A DNA stretch of 64,000 bases, taken from Melioribacteraceae bacterium (GTDB lineage Bacteria > Bacteroidota > Ignavibacteria > Ignavibacteriales > Melioribacteraceae). Numbering within the stretch: the first letter of the stretch is position 1; every line of letters starts with the position of its first letter. The notes under the pieces were generated by a model. That model was not told the origin of the DNA and made no database searches. It saw only the letters and a program-made list of their open reading frames with translations. Of this stretch, positions 57,816-64,000 are shown piece after piece. The stretch lies in NCBI GenBank assembly GCA_021647785.1, contig JAKIUC010000016.1, positions 10,915 to 74,914 on the forward strand. Direction: 5' to 3'. The translations under genes were made by a program, and so were the position numbers.

Positions 57816-59051
57816 TTATGTTCTAATTTTAATTAGAGGATAAAGGAGCAAAACGAAAATACTGCTTATTATAATTCCAATTCCTATACTGAACGTATCT
57901 GCAAGAAACCCAATAGATATCATAAAAACAGCAGCAAACAATGAAGCAAGTTGCGATTGCACGGAAAGAATTCCTGCGTGAATACTATCCACACTATTAT
58001 CAGTTATGCTTGAAACTCCAGAGGGCTTACGGCTATTTTCAATTGATAAGATAATTACAAATAACACTACTGTTATTGGTGAGTTGAAATATTCCATTAG
58101 CACACCACTTATTAAACCAACAATAATTCCAAAGAGTAAACTGAAATTTAAGAATGCTCTTTGCGAGCTAAAAAGATTTTCAATTTTAGATGCTCGCCTT
58201 GATACAAATGAATTAACAAGAAAAATTACAAAGTAGATTAATCCCAAGAATAGTGCGGTCTTTTCATCATTTGATAAATAGAGAAAGATTGGAATTGAAA
58301 TAATTAGAGATTTCAAAAAGGGTTGTATAAAATCTTTGATTGCTTTGTAATAGCCGGAATATATTGACGAGTTTATTAACGAATGAAGCAAGTTCTTATG
58401 TTTAAATGCTTGAATAAAGGAAGATGTAATTACTTTTATATTCTCCTTTGTTGATAAGTATTTGCTCTTCTGTTCATCTAAATATTTTGGATAAGAAAGA
58501 ACATTAATGAAATCGAACAAATATGGAATTATGGAAAGGAGAAAAATTGCATCGAGATTCTTATTGAAGAAGAAAAGTATTCCTCCAGCAAGAGAAGAAA
58601 TGGCACTTCCAAATTGTGACCACGAGCGGGTATGCCCGTAGTATCCAACTTTATGATTAATTTGATTAGTGCGTTTGAGATAATTTACAATCATTGCTTT
58701 GTTAATGCCAGAGCGGATTGCATCGCCCAAAGCATAAAATAGCATTGCAAAAACAAAAAGTGAAAAACTGGAGTAGAGATAAAAAATTATGAAAGCAATA
58801 ATGTAAACAAGAAACGAGGAGGCTAATGTTTTTCTTCTGCCAAGAGCATCGGCAATAATGCCCGATGGAATTTCAAAAACATTAATTGCAATCTCTCTTA
58901 TGGCATATAAAATTCCAATTTCAAAAAAAGAAATTCCTTTGCTCATAAAATAGATAATGAAAAATGGCTCGAAGAATCGGAGGTTTTTTAGAAATCCGTA
59001 AAGGCAAAACTTGTAATACTGTTTATCTTTTATAATAGTTGTGCTATTCAT
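57816..59051 (-). CDS. MFS transporter
   Basis: 411 aa, about 12 TM. GIIADALGRRKT MFS loop motif. Confidence 0.8.
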   Translation of the reverse strand: MNSTTIIKDKQYYKFCLYGFLKNLRFFEPFFIIYFMSKGISFFEIGILYAIREIAINVFEIPSGIIADALGRRKTLASSFLVYIIAFIIFYLYSSFSLFVFAMLFYALGDAIRSGINKAMIVNYLKRTNQINHKVGYYGHTRSWSQFGSAISSLAGGILFFFNKNLDAIFLLSIIPYLFDFINVLSYPKYLDEQKSKYLSTKENIKVITSSFIQAFKHKNLLHSLINSSIYSGYYKAIKDFIQPFLKSLIISIPIFLYLSNDEKTALFLGLIYFVIFLVNSFVSRRASKIENLFSSQRAFLNFSLLFGIIVGLISGVLMEYFNSPITVVLFVIILSIENSRKPSGVSSITDNSVDSIHAGILSVQSQLASLFAAVFMISIGFLADTFSIGIGIIISSIFVLLLYPLIKIRT

Positions 59052-59092
59052 TTAACCACTTATAGTAGTAATACCAAAGAGATGCAGAAGCT

Positions 59093-59146
59093 AACCTTGA
59101 AAGTCATCAAAATTCAATAGCATCTTTTGACCTTCAAGGTTTTTTT
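59093..59146. repeat. short hairpin sharing the AACCTTGAAGG arm of the 11161-11593 family, followed by a T-run
   Basis: AACCTTGAAAGTCA (59093-59106) / TGACCTTCAAGGTT (59128-59141), 13/14 complementary, then TTTTT. Confidence 0.5.
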
Positions 59147-59266
59147 ACCTTTTACTTCTGCAACTATACTTCTCACCGTATGTGTATATCTCTCCTCAGG
59201 GTCTCCCTCTGTAATCAGTATCAAAAAAAACCTTTGCGTCTTTGTGCCTTTGCGGTGATATGGTTT

Positions 59267-59983
59267 TTATAAATCTACAATAACACCTGAAGCAAAGTCA
59301 ATTTCAATATTAAGATTTTCAAAAGTGCAATCCAGCAGATGCCCGCCGCCAGAGAGGTCATCAAGCAAAACATGGAAATGAAACCCTGGAAAATTAACGC
59401 CATCAAAATATTGCGGATACCAAAACCCAATTACTGTTCCTTTTACGTTTGTAAAATCGAACTCAGTTTGGTTGGCAATAATCTCTGTTAGTTCTATAGA
59501 TTCGTTATCAACTTTATCGATACTACGTGATTTTAAAGTTTTAAATTTAGCATCTATTTTTATTGCAAGAGGGGTGTTGGTGTTTTCAACTATTGGTAAA
59601 AGAATTGCCTTAAGAGAATCGAGCGAAATATTATTTGGAAAAGTAATAGTTGTATCAGCTTCAAAAAATTTTGTTACCACGTAAGGTGATAATTTATCGT
59701 TCGGCATTTCATTTATTGTTCCGTCCGTTTTAGCTTGGTAAACATTTGTCTCGTAAAATACCAATTCACCATCAAACATATTAAAAGTTCCAAGTCCAAA
59801 ATTACCTTTCCTTTTAATTTCGCCCACAGTTAAATCGCCAACATAATCGTTTTCCAACAAAATATTTTTTGAAGAATATTGGTAGATATCATCGGAATAA
59901 TCTACTTCCCTATTTTGTTTAACTTCATTTACACAGGATACAAAGAATGTAGTTAGCAATAACAAGAGAATAATCTTTTTCAT
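59267..59983 (-). CDS. budA: alpha-acetolactate decarboxylase homolog with lipoprotein signal
   Basis: GLGTFNMFDGELVFYETNVYQAKTDG and FPGFHFHVLLDDLSGGGHLLD match ALDC motifs. N-terminal LLLLTTFFVSC lipobox. Confidence 0.8.
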   Translation of the reverse strand: MKKIILLLLLTTFFVSCVNEVKQNREVDYSDDIYQYSSKNILLENDYVGDLTVGEIKRKGNFGLGTFNMFDGELVFYETNVYQAKTDGTINEMPNDKLSPYVVTKFFEADTTITFPNNISLDSLKAILLPIVENTNTPLAIKIDAKFKTLKSRSIDKVDNESIELTEIIANQTEFDFTNVKGTVIGFWYPQYFDGVNFPGFHFHVLLDDLSGGGHLLDCTFENLNIEIDFASGVIVDL

Positions 59984-60131
59984 CTTAACTCGTTTTTTTT
60001 TTGAAATAATATTACTAAGATAACAAATTTAGAAAAAGCTAAATACTATTTTTTGCTGAAGAAGAATTTAGGCACAGCATTTGATAAATCTATAACACTT
60101 ATTAGTACAGTTATAAATTTGGGGAAATAAA

Positions 60132-60737
60132 ATGGAACAATTAAAAGACGTTATTATTGATAAAGAAGAATTGGAAAAAATGATTAATTCTATTGGAGAC
60201 AAGGTTAGCAATTATGTTAAACTCCTCAAGAGAAAAAGTTCTGAAGAGATACTAAACGGTTCTATTGTTGAGGCACAAAAAATTATTAATCAAATTCTTC
60301 CTATTGAAGCTGAATATAGAGAAATGGCTAAGTGCCACACTTCTTTTTTGAATGTACTAAATGGCAATAAAACTATGAATTCATTGAACAAAAGAGAAAT
60401 ATCAGAGAAATTGGAACTAAATAAATTGGACCTATCTGATATGGATTTTACTCCAAATGATAATTATAGAGTTCCAATATTAAAAGCACTAATCTATCTT
60501 GGTGGAAGTGCCAAATTGCCAGATGTTGCTGGATTTATTGAAAAAGAGATGAAAAACAAATTTAAGCCAGGAGATCAGGAAAAAGGAGCTAACGGTTTTG
60601 GAAAACTCTGGGTTGAAATGGTAAACACGGAGAAGGAAAACATGGTTTCAGAGGGACTAATTTCAGAAGATAATGCAGGCGAGCAGTGGGAAATAATTCA
60701 AAATGGGATAGATTATTTATCTCAACATGCAAATTAG
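60132..60737 (+). CDS. hypothetical protein, coiled-coil N-terminus plus winged-helix (Mrr_N-like) C-terminus
   Basis: YRVPILKALIYLGGSAKLPDVAGFIEKEM...LISEDNAGEQWEIIQNGIDYL resembles Mrr N-terminal wHTH. Weak call. Confidence 0.4.
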   Translation: MEQLKDVIIDKEELEKMINSIGDKVSNYVKLLKRKSSEEILNGSIVEAQKIINQILPIEAEYREMAKCHTSFLNVLNGNKTMNSLNKREISEKLELNKLDLSDMDFTPNDNYRVPILKALIYLGGSAKLPDVAGFIEKEMKNKFKPGDQEKGANGFGKLWVEMVNTEKENMVSEGLISEDNAGEQWEIIQNGIDYLSQHAN

Positions 60738-60803
60738 TTGAAGTAGAAAAGTGAAAACTTGATTGTTTTTCCTGTAAATATTACCGTTAATAAATTAATA
60801 GGG

Positions 60804-60991
60804 CTGAGTTCTAACTATTACAGCAAAACATATTCTTTTTCCTTTTGAGATTGCAATAAAAAGCCCAACTTTTATGAATTCTCATCATTTTTAAGTTGTT
60901 AAAATGTTGAATTACAAATAGGCACTCTAAACAAAGCAAAAGTTGGGCTTTTAGAGACTTTAATTTTGCTGAATTATTTAGAACTTAGCAG
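60804..60991. repeat. about 190 nt long imperfect palindrome / stem-loop followed by a T-rich run
   Basis: Perfect inner arms AAAAGCCCAACTTTT (60859-60873) / AAAAGTTGGGCTTTT (60938-60952). Outer arms 60804-60828 vs 60964-60991 are partly complementary. T-run 60996-61008. Confidence 0.6.
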
Positions 60992-61062
60992 TAATTTTTA
61001 TTTTTTTTGGAAAAATAATAACTCTGTTCCTCTTATAAGTTAATTAAACTAAGAGGAATAAA

Positions 61063-61137
61063 ATGCAAGAGATTAAAACATCACAAAAAGGTTGGTTAAA
61101 CAATTTGATAATTGCATCAAAAAAACAAACTAAATGA
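61063..61137 (+). CDS. 24-codon upstream ORF (MQEIKTSQKGWLNNLIIASKKQTK) overlapping the MBL gene start (ATGA)
   Basis: AAGAGGA SD 5 nt upstream of ATG 61063. Stop TGA 61135-61137 overlaps ATG 61134. The SD lies in the right arm of a 9-bp perfect hairpin (61027-61035 / 61050-61058). Confidence 0.4.
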   Translation: MQEIKTSQKGWLNNLIIASKKQTK

Positions 61138-61973
61138 AGCTACATATAATAGAGACAGGGAAGTTCAAATTGGATGGCGGGTCTATGTTTGGCGTAGTGC
61201 CAAAATCTCTGTGGAAAAGACTGAATGAACCCGATGAAAACAATATGTGTACTTGGTCAATGCGATGTTTGTTAATCGAAGATGGAGAACGAAAAATCCT
61301 CATAGATACTGGACTTGGTGATAAGCAGGATCTAAAATTTAGATCTCACTTCTACCCACATGGTGATGATAGTTTGGTAAAATCACTGGGCAATTCTGGC
61401 TTTGGCTTTGAAGATATAACAGATGTATTTCTCACCCACCTTCATTTCGATCATGTAGGAGGTGCAGTTTCCAAAGATACGAATGGCAACCTTATCCCAA
61501 CTTTTCCAAACGCAACATATTGGTCAAATGAAAAACATTGGGAATGGGCATTGACACCAAATCCGAGAGAAAAGGCTTCCTTTCTCAAGGAAAACATTGT
61601 ACCTCTCCAAGATCATAATGTTCTGAAATTTATTGATGTAGAAGATGGCGTCAAGTTCACGGATTCTATCAGTATTGATTTTGTGTATGGTCATACAGAA
61701 GCTATGATGGTACCATATATAAAACTGGATAATGGAAAAACTTTGGTTTACACTGCAGATTTATTGCCATCGCATTGTCATATAGGAATGCCGTATGTGA
61801 TGGGGTATGATATACGTCCTCTAAGTACTTTGAAAGAAAAAGAACGGCTTTATGAAAAGGCAGTTGATACTAATCACATGATTTTCTTTGAGCATGATAA
61901 AGATATTGCATGTGCAGAACTTGTAAGAAATGAAAGAGGACGCGTTGTTTTGGGAGAAGAGGTGAAATTATAA
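61134..61973 (+). CDS. MBL-fold metallo-hydrolase
   Basis: THLHFDHVGG motif, 279 aa. Confidence 0.85.
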   Translation: MKLHIIETGKFKLDGGSMFGVVPKSLWKRLNEPDENNMCTWSMRCLLIEDGERKILIDTGLGDKQDLKFRSHFYPHGDDSLVKSLGNSGFGFEDITDVFLTHLHFDHVGGAVSKDTNGNLIPTFPNATYWSNEKHWEWALTPNPREKASFLKENIVPLQDHNVLKFIDVEDGVKFTDSISIDFVYGHTEAMMVPYIKLDNGKTLVYTADLLPSHCHIGMPYVMGYDIRPLSTLKEKERLYEKAVDTNHMIFFEHDKDIACAELVRNERGRVVLGEEVKL

Positions 61974-62043
61974 TTTATTATTGAGTCCACTCGTGTGTCT
62001 CACAAATTGCACAAACGATGCAAAAGAGTAAAATATGGCTATT

Positions 62044-62188
62044 GTCATTCTGAGCATAGCGAGTGGAAGAATAGACAAGACGTATCAAATTAAATTTCGA
62101 CCTTGTGAAGAAATCTACAGCAAGATAAATAAAACATGGATTATAGGAAGTATATGGACAAGCTAGATTTCTCCACTTCGTTCGAAAT
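62044..62188. repeat. REP-like elements (GTCATTCTGAGCATAGCGAGTGGAAGAAT; inverted pair 62094-62118 / 62163-62188)
   Basis: ATTTCGACCTTGTGAAGAAATCTAC vs CTAGATTTCTCCACTTCGTTCGAAAT: arms complementary at the ends with central mismatches. Confidence 0.45.
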
Positions 62189-62225
62189 TAAAGTTTGGAA
62201 TGCACCCTTTTGATATTTACTACAT

Positions 62226-63263
62226 TTACTGAAAATGAAAATACCCAGGCCCAATTCCAGTAGCGAAAGAATCGATTTCTACATCATTAGTTGAATACAT
62301 ATAAGCTTGCCCTTGCCCCATAAAACCCTTAGCATCCGATAGGTATAATATCTTTTCGTCATGATCAAATCCCAACGCGTATGCATCAATCTCTTTAATA
62401 GCCTTAGTTTGTAAAATCATTGAATTCATATCTTGCTTCACAACTTTACCTTCAGTGACAAAATAAAGAAATTCATTCTCCGCATCAATGGTAAGGTTCT
62501 TCGACCCATTTGGGATATCTATAGTCCATGCTATCTCTTGATTTGTTATTTTGACAAGTTTTCCACTTGTATTTTGAGATGGATCCATCCAATCGCTTTT
62601 CCCGTTGCATATGACATAGACATTATCATCATTATCCTTCACCATCAATTGAGGCTTATCTCCAACCACCAATGATTTCACTATAGAATTATCACTTGGG
62701 TCTAATATTAAAACCAAAGAATCTGTACCAAATCCACCACCATTTGCGATGTACAGCATTTCATTAGCGAAAATTAGGCCTTCTGGTCCACTCCCAATAT
62801 CTAAAAAATTTGCCACCGAATTAGAGGCAGTATTGATTTCGTAAACACCTCCATTACTGCCTGTATCTCCCCAAGCACTTAAGTAAAGTTTGTCTCCATT
62901 ACTAGCAAAATAACGGCTCTGATCGATACCTCCAATAGTATCTAGTAGCGTAAAGTCAACATTATTCGTCACTACTACTTTTCCTCCATTGTTAATCGAG
63001 ATATAGTTTTTTCCATCATGCTCTATCATTGACTGGGCGATATTTCCCAGAAAAGCACCATTATTTGCCCCAGTAAAAATATTTTGAGTGACATTTTCGG
63101 AACCATTTTCTTTATGGGTAAGCGTTCCAGTTCCTGATCCAAAATTGCCCTGATTTACTACTAAAACGCCTCTTTCATACTTTGGAGTCTCTGGTATCAC
63201 TTCATCACTACATGAAGTAGCTGCAATCATCAATAATAACCCCCCAATTAAATTTTTAAGCAT
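62226..63263 (-). CDS. surface lipoprotein, YncE/DUF5074-like beta-propeller (paralog-type of 50350-51426)
   Basis: Lipobox IAATSCSDE. VLVVNQGNFGSGTGTLTH signature start. Confidence 0.65.
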   Translation of the reverse strand: MLKNLIGGLLLMIAATSCSDEVIPETPKYERGVLVVNQGNFGSGTGTLTHKENGSENVTQNIFTGANNGAFLGNIAQSMIEHDGKNYISINNGGKVVVTNNVDFTLLDTIGGIDQSRYFASNGDKLYLSAWGDTGSNGGVYEINTASNSVANFLDIGSGPEGLIFANEMLYIANGGGFGTDSLVLILDPSDNSIVKSLVVGDKPQLMVKDNDDNVYVICNGKSDWMDPSQNTSGKLVKITNQEIAWTIDIPNGSKNLTIDAENEFLYFVTEGKVVKQDMNSMILQTKAIKEIDAYALGFDHDEKILYLSDAKGFMGQGQAYMYSTNDVEIDSFATGIGPGYFHFQ

Positions 63264-63559
63264 CTTTCTATTTTTTTTGTTTACAAATTTGTTTTAATAC
63301 CCAGCCGAATGACTCTAAGCGGCATTGGGTAGAATCTAATATTCTCATAATCATTATTGAATCCATTTTCGACTGATAACGATATGTGTATCTTTCTTTC
63401 TTTTATTTTAATTGTTTTAATTGCATAAAAATCAACAATGAAAATGCTGTGAATAGTATAGCGGAGAACAAGGATAGAACAGCATAACGATATGTGTTGC
63501 TCATTGTCCCTATTGCACTGTTAGCGGCAAGCTGAAAAATCAATTCTACGATAATTAAA

Positions 63560-63964
63560 ATGGATTTACAACCAAATTTGGAAAATAAATTAATAAATTA
63601 TGTAAATGCGGGTCATCAGCCACCTTTTTTATATTCAGAAGGAAAAATTCAAAAACTTGATCAAGGAACCACAATAATAGGTGCTTTTGATGAGTTACCT
63701 GATTTTGACAAAGGAACACTTTCACTTAAGAAAGGCGATATGATATTTTCTTTTACTGATGGATTGATCGATTTAAAAGATGATAAAGGTATCTATTTTG
63801 AAGATGATCGGATTGAAAAATTTGTACAAAATAATGGGCATTTGGATGCAGAAATGTTTAATACTTTACTTGTTGATGAAATAGAAGCATTTAAGGGAAC
63901 TGAAAGCTATACAGATGACATTGCTATAATTACATGTAAGATTAAAAATTTTAATGAAAAGTAG
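63560..63964 (+). pseudogene. C-terminal half of a PP2C/SpoIIE-type phosphatase domain (apparently 5'-truncated)
   Basis: NAGHQPPFLY...TDGLIDLKD...YTDDIAIITCKI are the C-terminal PP2C motifs. The N-terminal metal-binding half (D.SGHG) is absent, and there is no SD or long ORF upstream. Confidence 0.55.
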
Positions 63965-64000
63965 AAAAACAGCCATATTGTTATCCATCATTGGTGGTGG
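63954..64000 (+). CDS. start of an unidentified ORF (MKSRKTAILLSIIGGG...), continues beyond the window
   Basis: ATG 63954 overlaps the preceding stop region. Only 15 codons visible. Confidence 0.3.
   Translation, partial: MKSRKTAILLSIIGG

Noticed and set aside
1-64000. Search for a mobile island, prophage or defence locus (integrase, transposase, RT, restriction/Abi/CBASS-like genes)
   Set aside because: None of the ORF translations shows such domains. The only accessory-looking gene content is the degraded toxin-antitoxin pair (25307-26090), the wHTH hypothetical (60132-60737) and the truncated PP2C remnant.

Overview
The window is a low-GC, densely coding chromosomal segment. Type IX secretion (T9SS) C-terminal sorting tails of the form NYPNPFNP..., ArgJ-type arginine synthesis and weak Shine-Dalgarno (SD) use suggest an Ignavibacteria-like member of the FCB group; this placement is inference. 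Most of the content is housekeeping:
- Biosynthesis: argD(partial)-argB-argJ-argC on the minus strand, divergent from a complete his operon (hisG-D-C-B / hisH-A-F-IE); also argF and dxr.
- Envelope and secretion: rseP, bamD, an M1-like peptidase, and three T9SS-sorted beta-propeller proteins.
- Transport: a DUF4212 + sodium:solute symporter pair, a ccmAB-like ABC pair, a LolA-like/FtsX/ABC/OMP operon with a divergent TetR regulator, and an MFS transporter.
- Other genes: DEAD-box helicase, PAS histidine kinase, rlmD-like methyltransferase, a lysine-rich HU, acetolactate decarboxylase and an MBL hydrolase.
- B12 locus: a cobalamin riboswitch in front of a frameshifted TonB-dependent receptor and a beta-propeller lipoprotein.

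I recognised no rRNA, tRNA, CRISPR/cas, transposase, integrase or reverse transcriptase, and no convincing multi-gene novel (for example defence) system. The unusual signals are almost all non-coding or gene-decay signals:
1. A about 415 bp tandem array inside the ABC operon, built from GTCATT/AATGAC hexamers phased every 10 bp.
2. A His-codon leader peptide with a mutually exclusive terminator/antiterminator in front of hisG.
3. A Gp49/HigB-like toxin gene split by a about 140 bp hairpin insertion plus a homopolymer frameshift, next to an intact antitoxin.
4. A family of long nested palindromic (MITE/REP-like) elements, some fused into ORF ends.
5. A conserved promoter-like box upstream of two T9SS cargo genes.
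6. An SD-sequestering hairpin plus a coupled upstream ORF (uORF) before the MBL hydrolase.

All calls rest on reading the sequence and the ORF translations. No database search or folding calculation was run.
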